Assembly: GCF_902652985.1 (NCBI RefSeq)
Contig: NC_047016.1
Coordinates: 23,126,001-23,190,000 of the forward strand
From: Pecten maximus
Taxonomy: Eukaryota
Length of the DNA stretch: 64,000 nt
Direction of reading: 5' to 3'
This document shows positions 40,781 to 55,400 of this stretch, piece after piece. The position numbers and the translations under genes were made by a program. Positions within the stretch are counted from its first letter, which is position 1, and each line of letters begins with the position of its first letter. The notes below the pieces were generated by a model that saw nothing but the letters and a program-made list of their open reading frames with translations, did not search any database and was not told the origin of the DNA.

Positions 40781-42792
40781 ATCAAGAAGCATCTAGCAAT
40801 CCAACAAAAACAAATAGTATCATACATATAATTAGTATTCTTAGTTTTCCATGTAGTATTTGCTAACTGCCAACTGGTTTATATACGTATGTTTAATTGG
40901 TTGGCGGCGAAATTTACAAAAGAATGACTGTTATCTTGATTAAAATCCATCCTTATGAAAATAAAATGTAAAATATGAATCGCACACAATACATTGTAGC
41001 GTTTTAGCATAATCTGTCTTTTTGTCAAATTGAAGCGGTATATTTTACTTTAAATATACTTCATTGCATTGTTCTAAGTAAAAACTAAATTCAATGAATC
41101 ATCCCTTTTCATAATAAACTTATTAATGACATTTTTTATTTACCGGTAATTCAATATTCAGTAGAAGTTAATTTAATGCTTTGTAAATGGGATCAGGGTT
41201 GTGATCAAAATGTAAAATGAGAGTTCGTTAATTATCAATCGATATTAGGTGCAAAGGCAAACGGTAGAAAAAGCAGGCATGATACCATCAATATATCAGG
41301 GAACACTCCGCGGTCACCGACCAGCAGAAAACTATGCACACTTTAAGAACGCAAATAAAGAGTATGACGAGCTACTGTATTAGTCAAGTCATTTAACGCG
41401 TCACTTACGATAGATAGCGTCAGTGAATGTCTTGTTCAATACATATATCGCCATGAATCTTAAAAACGAAATCAAATAAGTAGGTTGTGACTGACGAAGT
41501 GTTCAAGTCTAAAACATATAAATAAATATAGATAAACAGATGTATAACGTAGTAAAACAGATGACGAATGAAAACAATACGACAATTTGATCTCGCGAAC
41601 AAACGGCTGCAACTATTGGAATTTTATAGACGTACTGCAATACCAAATAAAGTGCACTTTGATAAGACGTAGAACTATAAGCATTATACGGCACGACCTT
41701 TCTCAAGGGAAAGCTTCTATCACGCCCATCACACTGAGAATGTAGTGTATAAGTGTTCACAAGTATCGATATATTTTTGAGGATATTGGATATGTGCTTA
41801 TTTCATGAGATAAGAGTAACATCAGTATAAGTTCATCAATTCTTCTCCGTATTGATGCTTAAATACTGTGGCCCTATCAAATATATTCCCTGAAGATTTT
41901 AAACAAATACATGTACATATATGCACTTTTTATGTGTGTGTATCTGATATAAATTGTAACCCCCTATAGTAGTCAGTTGCGTGGCGGTTCAAGGGGAGCA
42001 ACTCTTAATATGATCTGCTAATGAATCGCCCTGGTGTCATCAACGTTCCTAAACTTCCCTAAACGAAAGCACTATTGGATTTAGGAAAATAATTCTTTCC
42101 GTATATTCTGCAAAGTTACCATACGGAAAATTCTAAGTAAATATACGAAATAGGTACCGTATTCTTCAAAGTAGGTAGACTTATCCTACCCTGACGCTTT
42201 CCTAGAATTAAAAGCCGAATGATAAGTATAGAGCTGAACAGGGTGTTCGTCCTTCTAGGACTCGTCAGTGATGATAGGGGCTAAAATTGGAAATTAAGAA
42301 GTAGTATATAGACCACCCACTCAGGTCTAGCCAAAGGTTTGAATATAGAAGGGTTGGGTTACCTTGATATCACGATGTGATGCATGTTTTGATTATGGAT
42401 ACTTTACAAAGTAATTCATTAAGTATATATGCAATAAACAATGGTAACGTGACATGCAGGTAACGATAAACCCCTAATGGCTAATAGTCCATCTGACTGG
42501 TTTATAATCCGGCAACCTCAAAAGTTTCCAGCACATACATTTCATCTATATTTGAAGACATAAATATATATATAAAAAAAAAACAATTCATGACCACTGT
42601 CCATCGATTTGGTTGATTATGTTTACAATCGGACACCACTTAACAGCATCGTCCCCAAAATCCCGACGATGTATTATTCTGAAATGTTCAGAAATTAACC
42701 TGCTATCGTTCTATATCGGAATACGGTCAGCTTGTACAAAGATAAGACGTTATCTACGATTCGTAAAGGTGACGGGAAAGGCGTCTGTGACA

Positions 42793-45700
42793 ATGGCGTG
42801 TATACTACGGCTAGGTGCTGTATTGGCAGCCATAGTATTGCACGGTAAGAAAGTATTTCAACTTGATCCTAATCTTAGTTAGTTTAGTGAGTTTAGGAGG
42901 AGATAACCCACGAGTGCTATATTTCCATCGTTATATGAGAGAAAGAGGCCACTAAAAGAGGGATCCCTAAAGCATCATGGGTTTTTTCTTCTGTATATTC
43001 TTTAGGGATTTTAAAGAGAGACAAATCTCTGCTCAATCGCACCACTTGGGATTTTTTTATCCCATCTACTGTCCTTATCTGTACTTTGCTTTCTTCCGCT
43101 GGTTTCCCCTTGGTACCCGTCCTCATATGGCCCTGACATTTGTTTGCAAAGATGCTTAAAAATTATACAATGTTAACGCAGTGACAATTCGGGGGCAAAA
43201 ACAACATCGACGTGCTAATCAAATCGTAATTCTAACTCGAAATCGATAGAAGGAGGGCAAATGTGAAAATAATATAGCTCACATGGATACCCATGGAAAA
43301 AGTGCAAGGAGACTGATACCATGTGTTCCGATGGATTAAGCGTCTTCAGCTTTGAATACGAAACCCAGGTCAAATCCGCTTTAGGTATATCCTCAAAATT
43401 ATATGGTGGTTAATAACGGAACTAGCAGGCATGCCAACGGGCATCGAACCCGTGACGTCATATTGCAAAATGAAATGACACATTACCCTATGACTCCACA
43501 ATGTCAAACAGGGATGTTCCTAGTTATAAATAAAGATTAAAGATTGGGAAATAGAAACAATCACGATTCTCATACGGTGTAGTTGTTAACTATTTTTTAG
43601 TTATTACGTCGTAGTTAAAGTATGATCGAGGTACGCGACTGATGTCTTCGGTGATTGATTATAAGTTCCTAAGGGTATATTTGGTCGACAGGGTCAACAA
43701 TGGTTTGTTGTTTAAAAGACAATGCACTGAAAATATACCTATAAAGGAAGAATGTTGCAATATCTCTGTTGGCTGTTCTGATAAGCTAAATGTCATCTCT
43801 GCCTCGTATGGAAACAAGACATGGGACACAGTCAGTTTGTCTATTTGTATATAACAATAGTCTGCTGAGATATCGGATCGAAAATCCCATAAGATTTTGT
43901 CGACCTGGTATTCAATCATTGTCACTATTCCATCCGCGATGTATGTCATTTTGACCGTCTCCAAATATGGTACGAATACACTCTCCGATTTACTCTCCGA
44001 TTTATTCTGCTACCATTACTCGCCATCTGTTACAGTTGTACAGTCGCCACATATGCCTGCTCTCACTGCATCTCTCAGGAGGCAAGTTATTGTTGGGACC
44101 CTGCCGAATTGGGGTACACCATGTAAATGAGGAGCCCCAGGATAAGATCTACCATATTCCTTTGATTGTTAATTTATGGTAGAGGGCCATTTAAAGAGAT
44201 ATATTCTTTGCTTAGGAAACATTGAATCTTATCATTTCTTTGCTCTGACCTTTCTTTCGCTGATCTGATAAATTTAGTGTGTCTGTTTTCTACCCGATGT
44301 TCGGAGGAAGTAAGCAGTAAACCCCCTCATTCAAACAAAAAGTTTAACTAGACACTGGAGATTGCTAAAAATAATCCGAATGATGTGGTTTGCGAAATGT
44401 CGTAGTGAAAATCATTGCTATCTGTTTAATTCCTTATGATACTACTAATCAGTTTCTCGAACTCATATCAAAGTAATATCGTACGGTCAATGATGTAATT
44501 GTTGCGATTATGTTGTATTTTCAGTGATTCAAGGATGTCCGAACGGCTGGGAATCATTTGATGATTCCTGTTACTTTGTGTCAGACATGAGAGAAGATTG
44601 GTCAGCCGCATCGGTAAAGTTTGGGCCCCATTGTAATATAAAAGGGGATAAGAAGGAAATCACACACGTGATTTTTGCGCGAAAATTTGCTTTGTCGCAA
44701 AATTGCTAATGCCTTTCGATTCTAATTAACTCAATATCTCCACTTAATTTTTCTTCCCAAAATAACAATAAAAAATAGAATTATCTGCAAATGCTTAGTG
44801 ATTACAGAGGCATTGTATTTAAGCTGATAAATTTAGCATATAGGCAAACAATGTATTTGGGGAAATTATTTTTTTCGCTATTACGCTATCTTGTGTTCCC
44901 CTCCTAGCTCAAACAATGTTCATACTCATCTATTTATTGTTTTCCCTTTTCAGAACACATGCCGCCTGTACCATGCTCATCTTGTCGAGATCGAAAATGA
45001 ACACGAGGATAACTACTTGAAACAAATCATCACCAAATATCACTGTAGGTTGTCTTTCCTGTTTTAATAGATACATCAATTCATATTAAAACACCCTTAA
45101 TATGATATTGCGATATATCATTGATCTGATTTCCCTTCTGTATCTGATCCCCTACTTGTGGGAAAATAAATTTATCGTTGTAAAACAGTAATTGAATGTT
45201 TACCTTCGTTTAGCCAACATGACGTGTTGGATACCACCTCATTAACTATATATATTTGGTTTTAACCAATTTTTGCATGCACTATGCATATCTTAATTAT
45301 TTCCCAAAATAAAGTATTTAAATTTGATTCTTTGACTGCCTGTCCAACCATTTTAACAAACTTTTTTTTATTCTTTTGTCATTTTGACTGGTATATTTGA
45401 CCATTTAATTGGTGCAAATATCTTATACGCCACATTCTATACCGGATCCATAAAAAGGCATTGTCTTTGTATTAATATTTAAAATCTTCAAAATTACTTA
45501 ATGAAGAGATTTGGTCGTTATTCTAAATATTTTGCGAAAATAGAAATGCAAATAGAGGTTAGACAATTAGTGGTTGTTGTATGATATCTCTTTGATTCTC
45601 GTCTCTTATTTTTCAAAAGTTACAAAAACACAAGCTTAAGTAAGTGTTTTTGTAACTTTGAAAAATTTACCAAGGATAGTGAAAGAAAAGCCATATATAA

Positions 45701-48012
45701 CAACCACGAGTTTGTGTGACCTGTTTCTACCACAATAGAAACGCTATTATGAGGATGAATTGACTTGTTTTGTGTCAACGTGTGTTCTTTTCATAATATC
45801 AGATGGAATGTAAGGATATAACCTAGAGTAAAATGCCGCTAATTAATATGCAAAGATGACAATTTCGGATATGAATGGAAATATTACAATTTCTGACAAA
45901 TCATAATAACAAGTAATAATCAAGTTTGTTATAGAAATATTAAGATATTTTGAATATGACAAAAGCCAGAAGACCTTCAAGCGTTAGCCAATCGAAACGC
46001 ATTGAACAACGTGATTAAAAAATAGGCCCGGTCAAAGGTCGCCATATCAACCAATCAAAACGTATTTGAACTTTATTCATAAACTACTCTTATTCAACAG
46101 CTGTAATAATTATTTCAGCCTTGGGAGTTAAATAACAGACACATATTGTGGTAGAAACAGGATTACATAATACAGTATATTGCTTTAGGTCGCTGTTACA
46201 TGTTGTTATTACCAGGAATATTGTAGCTAGATGAATCGCAACCCTAATTTTGAACGTAACACAGGTGGTTTTTCGATGCAATTGAGATGAAGCAGAACTA
46301 TAATGTCATTTATTTTATCTAGATGGACAAGTACATGATAGATACTTTTGGTTGGGTGGAACCGATTCATTTGTTGAGTCAGACTGGAAATGGATTGAAA
46401 GCGACAAACGTTTAACTTATACCAACTGGCTTCCGGGCGAGCCAAATGATCACCATGGCGAGGATTGCCTAGTAGCGGAGCTGAGTGGTTCTCGCTTCTT
46501 TTGGAGAGATCAGGAATGCACTTCGAAATTCAACTTTGTTTGTGAGATCGGGTATGTTCTCATGGCCTCCATTAGGATCTCAGTTTGATATTTTCTTTTT
46601 TTAACTCTGTGATAAAAAGTTAGGGGCGTGTTTGTTACTTGTCGATTTGCCTGGTAGAGTGTGGCTGAAGCCTGATTTGGCCTAAATTGGTATGGCGGAT
46701 GTCGTCGATTTGATATAGATTGGTGTGGGAGGTGTCGTCGACTTGACCTAGATTTGCATGGCAGGTGTCGTCGTCCTGACCTAGATGTGTATGGCGGGCG
46801 ACGTCGATTGGACCTAGATTTGTATTGCAGGTGTCGTCGATTGGACCTAGATTTGTATGGCAGGTGTCGTCGATTTGACCTAGATTTGTATGGCAGGTGT
46901 CGTCGACTTGACCTAGATTTGTATTGCAGGTGTCGTCGATTGGACCTAGATTTGTATTGCAGGTGTCGTCGATTGGACCTAGATTTGTATTGCAGGTGTC
47001 GTCGATAGAAAAAAAAGACACTTACCCTACGGGAACAGCTGGTCTTATTATTAGCATGGTCACTTTTCAAGGGTCTTCATACATATCAAGAAGGTTTTTA
47101 TTTTAGATATTTTGACCTCGTTCAATCGATTTTTAGAATTACGGTTTCTTCTGTCGACATTCAGTATTGTTTTTCTTAGTGTAGAAAGGCGCTGTTAATA
47201 TATGCAATATTTCTTATCGTCTGTCGACCCGTTTTATTTGACTGTACTTACTGTAGTTATCTATTATATTATAACGACAGAACACCGAATAATTAATCGT
47301 GTAAGCCACTCAATTGAGTAGCAATACTTATGAACTAAATTAAAATAATTACAGTACAGATCAATATTTTGATTAGTTAGATAGTTAATTAGTTAATTAA
47401 TGCCATCTAACGGCGTCACAAAGTCTAACACTCGTCAGTGATGTCAGAGTTGAAGATATTGAATAATTTTGAAAAAACACTACCAAAATACGTTTAAATG
47501 TTCTGAACTCCTTCGATCGTTCAAATATTCAAACGTGCCATAAACAGCTTACCATAACCTGAAAGTATCCACAAGCTAAGCGTACCACTCAGTTATCTAA
47601 CGTTTAAACCCATGTACAAGATGTAAGTGGAATATCCAAGTACGTTATTTATGTTTGTGTACGTGGGTATTATAACCTATATAGAAGATAATATGTGACG
47701 CTTTTCTTGATTTTGACGTTACATGTTATAGTACAATATGAATAATTTCGATCTTTCAAATATTTTAAACGTAGATAGCATACCATAAGCTGAAAGTGTC
47801 CGCCAACTTTGCGAGCCACTCAGTTATCTAACGTTTAAATCTATGTTCAAGATGATATCTGACGCCTTTCTTGATGTTGACATTACATGTTATAGTACAA
47901 TATGTATTTTCTTCATGTAAATATTATGTAATAAAATTAAGGTTATGGTTTTAATTATTAGCATTTTATTTTCAGTGGTGATTCTAGTGGAAGTGGAATC
48001 GTTATAGGATGA
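42793..48012 (+). CDS. C-type lectin gene 8 (165 aa, EPN/WRD)
   Basis: Exons 42793-42844 (MACILRLGAVLAAIVLH), 44525-44613, 44954-45044, 46323-46551, 47976-48012 (GDSSGSGIVIG*). 498 nt in frame. Confidence 0.9.
43096..44330 (-). mobile_element. Degenerate Penelope-like retroelement remnant in gene 8 intron 1
   Basis: Minus-strand MIEYQVDKI...QQT.VI...LFPYEAE resembles Penelope-type RT (LEFLIDNIF...QQT.GIPMG...LFLYSYEAE); same remnant in gene 9. Ends approximate. Confidence 0.6.
45560..46170. mobile_element. Non-autonomous DNA element with internal inverted repeats, gene 8 intron 3 (paralogous copy ~53540-54040)
   Basis: CCTGTTTCTACCACAATA (~45720) pairs with TATTGTGGTAGAAACAGG (~46144); hairpin centred on GCTTAAG at ~45635. 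Confidence 0.7.
46680..47005. repeat. 33-bp minisatellite, gene 8 intron 4
   Basis: Unit GACCTAGATTTGTATTGCAGGTGTCGTCGATTG, about ten copies. Confidence 0.95.
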
Positions 48013-48260
48013 AACTTGTCCACATCACTTCAGTAAAATCTCATTTGTTGTATTAATCTGAACAGAATAAATTTCTCACCTGACGACGTTTCAGTGTATG
48101 TTTGTTTTTTGAAATAAATGGTATTAGTATTTGATAACGGGGAGTGATTGATTGTATTTCATTTGTGATGAACTGGTTACTATGTGTGTTTTATATAGAA
48201 ATTTAACCATTAAATTTACTATTAACAAAAATGTATCCATTCCTCAGGCTCTGTTTACTA

Positions 48261-48768
48261 TATACAGTGTAGAGGATATTGAATGGTTTCCCGTTTAATA
48301 TAACATATATTTCACGAGTATGACAGAATATCGATATTTTCACGAGTGCGAAGCACGAGTGAAAAATATCGAAATATTTTGTCATACGAGTCGAATTCTG
48401 TCGTCTTTTTGTGACGTTACTCCACGTCAACTTGACGGCGCCATTTTGAAAAGGACAGCGCAATTTAAGCGTTTTCGGCTGTTATTGGAGAATCTGTGCA
48501 TGGTTAGCTAACGTCAAATGAGTATTTCAGAAATAAAGCAAAATAACCAATTTATCTATCATCGCTTCGATCGGAAAAATCGGCAAGTTTCAACGAAGTA
48601 AATTCAAAGGTCCGCTCTGATTGGTCAAAAACGGAAAACTTATATTTTCACTGCAAAACTTATATTTTCACAGTAAAATCTTGTATTTTCACTGCTCATC
48701 GCTGCAGTGAAAATATAAGTTTTATAAGTTTGATAATTTCTATATTTCACCGGCAAAAATGCAATAAA
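48261..48768. mobile_element. ~500-bp hairpin-bearing insertion downstream of gene 8
   Basis: Absent from paralogous site ~57150; palindromes TTTCACGAGTGCGAAGCACGAGTGAAA (imperfect) and TTTTCACTGC...GCAGTGAAAA. Family uncertain. Confidence 0.7.
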
Positions 48769-49450
48769 AAAAGTATAAATATAACATTACAAACAATCCA
48801 AACGACTTTAAAATCTTGAAGAATGGATCAGTCCATTAACAATGAACAGCTGTTTAAAAATTGTATATTGTAGAAACAGAACGATACTATTTGAATACAG
48901 GCAAATGAGAACTATCCACAAATTTTTTTTAGGTTATACCCTCTTTTGAGATCCTCATTCACTCCAGGAAACCTGCGCGCGCCAGATAGGCAAAATGACC
49001 AGAGGCAGGAAAGATGTTTTTTTTTTTTTTTTTTTTTTAAATAGTATCTTAAGTCAAACGCAGTTATTCAAAACAGGAAATAAGCATATCCTTGAAAATT
49101 TCAAAACGACCTCATCTTAACTGAATGACAAAGGGCCATGTTGTCCCCTTGACATGTATAAAGACATTGAATTAAACGCATATGATCTACAATACTTCCA
49201 TGAAAAGTCAAGCTTGAAGTCATGACGGAAATAATAATAATACATAAACAGTAAATACAGGGGAAAAGTAGGTGAAGTTAGAAATATGGAGCTGTAACGC
49301 ATTCACTGTGTATAAGGAGTAATCTGATAATTGTTATCGCCCAAAAGCAGTACTTGTTTTATGATAGATAACTTTTTGTATGCACTATAGCGAGATAAGA
49401 CGCTATCTCCTGGATTATGCCCCAGTAAATTCCCTCGATAATATACTATC

Positions 49451-52400
49451 ATGTATATTGTACGGATAGGACTGGTGTGCGTGATTCTGGTTACGCAAGG
49501 TATGAACAACATTTAAACATTTCATAAAAAATTGTAATTCCGCAAAAGAAAAGTCAATATTACTGACCCTCATAACGTTAAATTTCGAACATATTTGTAT
49601 TGAAAGGTTCTAATCGTATTTATCCTGCAACGGGCATTTGCATTGTGGGAATAAATCCCACTACATATATTTTTGCTGTATTCTGCATTAACGGAAACCA
49701 GCTATATTTTAGAATCTTAGCACGTACCTCAATTCGACTGACATATTTGGAGCATTGCTGATATCGTTTCACTAAAAAATACTTATTTGGTTGACTGTTA
49801 CCTGATAAAAAGAATACATGGTCAGTCTCTTAAAATATAAGCTGTATTTTTGCTCGGGACAGAAAGACAAAAGTGTCTCTTCAAAGGCTCGCCACTTTGC
49901 TTTTCTTTATCCTCGTCAAAATACAGTATTCTCTACATATCTTTTACCTTCCGTATACGGTATCAGATGTTTGCGTTGATCTCCAGTGATCTTCGGACTT
50001 CCAAACGGCTGTGAAACATTTGACGGCTCCAGCTATTTTGTATTCAGCATCACGGAAGATGGGCTAGCCGCAACGGTAACTGGACTTTGGATGTACAATC
50101 ATACATAACATGTAATGCTCATTCTGTATACATAATTATATAGATGGTTAAAGTTTCTTTAGGCAGTTGTAAAACATGACTGATTTGTAAAATGGTTCAT
50201 ACTTAATTGTCGTCATTTTCTTTTTCGAGTTACCTTGGTTTCTTCTTCATTACTTTAGCCATATTCACTTCTGGTGATGGCTGCTCTTGAATAGTATTAT
50301 TGTAACTGATTTTTTCCCCGTTGGTTTTCCCTTGGTACACGTCTTCATGACTCGACTCTTACAATTCTATGCAAAACTTTTAAACAGCATACACTGTTCA
50401 CGCAGTGATACTACTGGAACAAAAGCCATAACTGTAATTCTAACTCGAAATCAATTAAACAAGGGCAAAATGTTAATACAATATAACACTCATGGAAAAT
50501 GGAAGGAGGCCATGTGCTCCGGTGGAGTAAGCGTCTTCAGCTTTAAATACGACACATACTCTGCATATCTAGGTCAGATCCGCTATAGGTACTATCCTCA
50601 AAATAAGATAAATGGTGGTTAAAAGGAAACCTGTAGGCTGACCAAAGGGCATCAAACAAATCTGACGTCATATTACACAATGAAATGGCACATTTAACCT
50701 ATGAGTTCACGACGTCAACGTTACAATATTACCATCGTATAAATCTGAAAACACCATATTTTTCTGTCCGGAAATTTTGATAATGTTAACAACTCTTGGG
50801 ATACAAAATCATCTGGGATAGGTAAACACAGGTTGGGGATACAGGGTTTTAACTATATATGAAAAGAAAATCAACAATGGGCCAACTGAAATAATCACGC
50901 TCCTCATATAAAGGATGTTAAGAAAGTCCGTCCCTCAAATTAGAAAATGGTGTAAACATGATAAAGGCATTCGTATAATTCTTCCTGTGTTAATAACCTG
51001 AAGCACCACCTTCGTTTCTGTTTATATCTTTTATTATATTAAGCATTGTGTGAATTAAGGTAGACACGTGTTCCTAAGGTATACCCCTCTACGCAAAGAT
51101 TAATCGACGTCGAAATGGGTCCATTAACGTTGGACATGGGTCTCTATACACCTTTGTATCAAGAAAACTCCTTAGAATTTTAACTGGATTTAAATCAGGA
51201 GAATTCCAGGTCAATTTTCTTTAGAAATAAAGGTTGACAAATTACTTGTTCGTCATTTCTGTGTAGCACGAGCCATATAGGGCGTGCCACCATACTGGTG
51301 GAAATTTTCCCGCCTGGGGTAGGGTACCAATTTCTTTTCGTCCATGGAACCGCTTGCATTTTGATATTGTCGTCTTCTACTTCAGTGAATACACGTCTCC
51401 ATAGCAATCGAAAAGAGTCATACTCAAGGGAGGTAATATCGTATATAGGATACACACTACAAATTTAACTGCGACTAAAATTTGAAGGCGATACGTGATT
51501 TTACTCCCGAATTATAAGCAAATTCATTCACGGAACATACTTTCTTATCACCATTTAGCTTATTTGTTAGCTGGTTTTTAGTTGAATATGATCGAGGTAA
51601 GCTTCTGATAATGAAGAGTAATCCATGTCTTTGATTTTAGGTTCGTTAGGGTATATCTGATCGACAAAGTCAATAATTGTTTGTTGTTTTAAAGACAAGG
51701 CATTGTCAATACATCTCTAGATGAAGAATTTTGCGATATCTTTGTTGGCTGTTATGATAAGCTCAATGTCATCTCTGCCTCGTATGGAAACAAGACATGG
51801 GACACAGTCCGTTTGTCTATTTGTATATAACAATAGTCTGCTGAGATATCGGGTCGAAAATCCCACAAGATTTTGTCGACCTGGTATTCAATCATTCTCA
51901 CGATTCCATCCTCGGTGTATGTCATCTTTGCCCCCGGGATAAGATCTGCCGTATCCCATTGATTGTTAATTAATAGTAGGTAAGAGATATGTTTTCTGTA
52001 TAGAAGATAGTGAATCTTATCGCTTCTTTGTTCTGCCCTTTCTTTCGGAGATTTGTTTTATTTTGTGTGTCTGTTTGCAACCCGATGTTCGGAGGACGTG
52101 AGCCCCCTGATACAAACAGAGAAAAGTTTAACACTACAGATTGTTAGAAACAATCCTTATAATAATGTTATTTTTGATATGTCACAATAAAACCGTTATC
52201 TGTTTAATTTCTGCTAGTTATTTCCCGAATTCATATTTAAAATGTCATATACGGTCAATGATGTAATTGTTGCGATTATGTTGTATTTTCAGTGATTCAA
52301 GGATGTCCGAACGGCTGGGAATCATTTGATGAATCCTGTTACTTTGTGTCCGACATGAGAGAAGATTGGTCAGCCGCATCGGTAAGGTTCAGGCCCCATT

Positions 52401-55400
52401 GTGATATTTAAGAGGATACGACAAGGTCAGGAAATGAACGTATATAATCGATCTTTGCACCACCATTTGCTTTGTTGAGAAACGTATGTGCCTACCACAC
52501 TTTATATCTAGACTCTTGGAGAAAACACGCAATTACAAAAAAAAACAAATATTTGAGGATATTAAATGTAATAACTATCCCAAACAATGGTCGAACAAAG
52601 AGTAAAGTAATGTAACACATACTTATTTATAAAAGTGTTTTCCCTTTTCAGAATACATGCCGCCTTTACCATGCTCATCTCGCCGAGGTCGAAAATGAAC
52701 ACGAGGATAACTACCTGAAACAAATAATCATTAAATATCACTGTAGGTTGCTTTTCTGTTTTAATACATATATATATTAACATTAAAACACCCTAAGTAT
52801 AAGATTGCGATATATCATTTAACTAACTTCTATGGCAAGCCAAGTTGTCATTTGTTCACGTAGCAACGTTGATCCAGAATCTTACCAAATTATATAAGAT
52901 TTCTTATATAATATAGAAGATATCTCATATACTTTATAAGATATATTTTAAAATAAATTATATATCTTATATAATGTATAGGATATATTATATATTATAT
53001 AGATATATTATATAGAAAATCATATAAGATACATAAGCTATATTATATTTGATATAAGATATCTTATGATTTGGTAAAATACTGGATCAACATTGCTCCA
53101 CGATTTAATGACAACTTGGCTTTCATAAATTCTCCTTCTGCATCTGACCCCCTTTCCAAGGAAAATAAATTTGGCACCTGGTGTACATCAGTGATAGAAT
53201 GTTGACACTAGTTTTTTACATGACGTGCTGTGTAACACCTCATTAACTACATGTATATATTTGGTTTTAATTATTTTTAATATATATATATATAGATATA
53301 TATAATAGATATATGCCGTAATTGATTTTCGCAAATTATGTATTTAAATTTAATCTTATGGCTGCCTTTCACACCATTTTAATCAAACTTTGTTTTTATT
53401 ATTCTGTCATTTTGATCTTTTACATTCTATACCGGGTTCTAGAAAGTGCGTGGTCTATTGTATCAATGTTGAAATTCTTCTTCTTCGTCATTATAAGCAA
53501 GGATTAAAAACTCATTTTCCATGAGAAAATGGAAATGCAAATAGAGGTTACACAACGAGTGGTTGTTGTATATGGTATTTCATTAATTCTCGTTAATTTT
53601 CTTTTTATATATATCATAAATAACCTGTAGGATGTTTGGATATGACCTTTAGTAAAATGCCGCTAATTAATATGCAAAATTGATAATTTCGGAAATGTAT
53701 TGAAATATTACAATTTATTACAATACGTAACAAATATTAAGCAAGTTTATTAAAGAAATCTATATATTCTTTTTAAATATGACACAAACAAGAAGTTCTT
53801 GTGTATTATCTTTCCCGGGACGCCGTGAAGCGGCCTTCAAGCGTTAGCCAATCAAAACGCATTGAACCACGTGATTAGAAAAATAATCCCGGTTAAAGTT
53901 CACCATGTCAACCAATCAAAACGCATTTAGAGTTTATTCCACGTTTGGCATAAACTGAATATTATTCAACATTTGTTATGATTATTTCATGCCTTGAAAG
54001 TTAAATAACACCCACCTATTGTGGTAGAAATATGATAAAATAATATGGTATATTGCTCTAATTCGCTCTAAATGTTGTTGTTTTTTTCTGACAAGGTTGA
54101 ATGTCCCAGCTGGATGAATCGCTCACTTAATGCTGAACGTAGCACAAGTGGTTTGTCTTTACAATTGAGAGACTGAAGAACTACACTGTTATTTATCTTT
54201 TCTAGATGGACAAGCAGACGATAGATACTTCTGGCTGGGTGGAACCGATTCGTTTGTTGAGTCAGACTGGAAATGGATTGAAAGCGGCCTGCGCTTTACT
54301 TATACCAACTGGCTTCCGGGTGAGCCAAACGATAACGATGGCGAGGATTGCCTAGTAGCGAAATTGAGCGGTTCTCACTTCCATTGGAGAGATCAGGAAT
54401 GCACTTCGAAATACAACTTTGTTTGTGAGATCGGGTAAGTCAGACGTATTCGATGCGTGTCGATATGCCTAGTGGTTCCTTTGTCATCACCCTAGTCTTC
54501 ATTTTGAGAGTGTGACTTAACCTGAATATTAACTAGATTTGTATGGTAGGTGTCGTCAATTTGACGATCTAGATGTGTATGGCGGGCGACGTCGATTTAA
54601 CGATCTAGAATTGTATGGCTGGTGTTGTCGATTTTACCTAGATTTGTATGGCGGGTGGCGTCAATTTGGCCTAGATTTGTATGGCGGGTTGCGTCGATTT
54701 GACCTGGATTTGTATGGCGGGTGGCGTCAATTTGCGGGCCTAGGTTTGTATTGCAGTTGTCGGCGATGAAACAAAAGACACCTACCCTACTGGAACATCT
54801 TGTCTATACACAAATCTAGATTCTGATTTTGAGTTGGAATGACGGTTCCGTTATTATGTCGATATTCTGTGTCGTTTTTTTTGTTTAAGTTTGTTTACCA
54901 TATACATTTGCTGTGTTTTGGTGGGTCGCGGTGGCCGAGTGGTTAAGGTGTCCCGACACTTTATTACTAGCCCTCTACCTCTAGGTTGCAGTTGCCAGGT
55001 ACTGACCGTAGGCCGGTGGGTTTTCTCCGGATACTCCGGCTTTCCTCCGTCTCTTAAACCTGGCACGTCCTTAAATGATCCTAGCTGTTAATAGGACGTT
55101 AAACAAAAACAAACCAAAACTGTGTTTTTGCATGTTTTATCGTCTACTGGGATACTGTAGTTGTTGTAGTTATATTGAGTATTATCTTTAACCGAGAGAA
55201 CACCAAATAATTATGCAACCCACTCAAGTGAATAGCAATACGTATGAATTTAAATACTTACAGCACATGTCAATATATTAATGAATCAGTTAGTTAGTTA
55301 ATGCCATATAGCGGCGTCATAACGTCTAGCACTATTCAGTGATGTCAGAGCCGAAAAGAATGTAAATACAGAAGAGACGTTTGGACAATTGAAATCGGTT

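Noticed and set aside
46510-47106. Repetitive Arg-rich and other ORFs (186, 128, 84 aa)
   Set aside because: Translations of a 33-bp intronic minisatellite that is open in several frames on both strands.
54920-54990. Possible tRNA gene
   Set aside because: Only the A-box head is tRNA-like; it has a SINE body, tail and target-site duplication, and no T arm.
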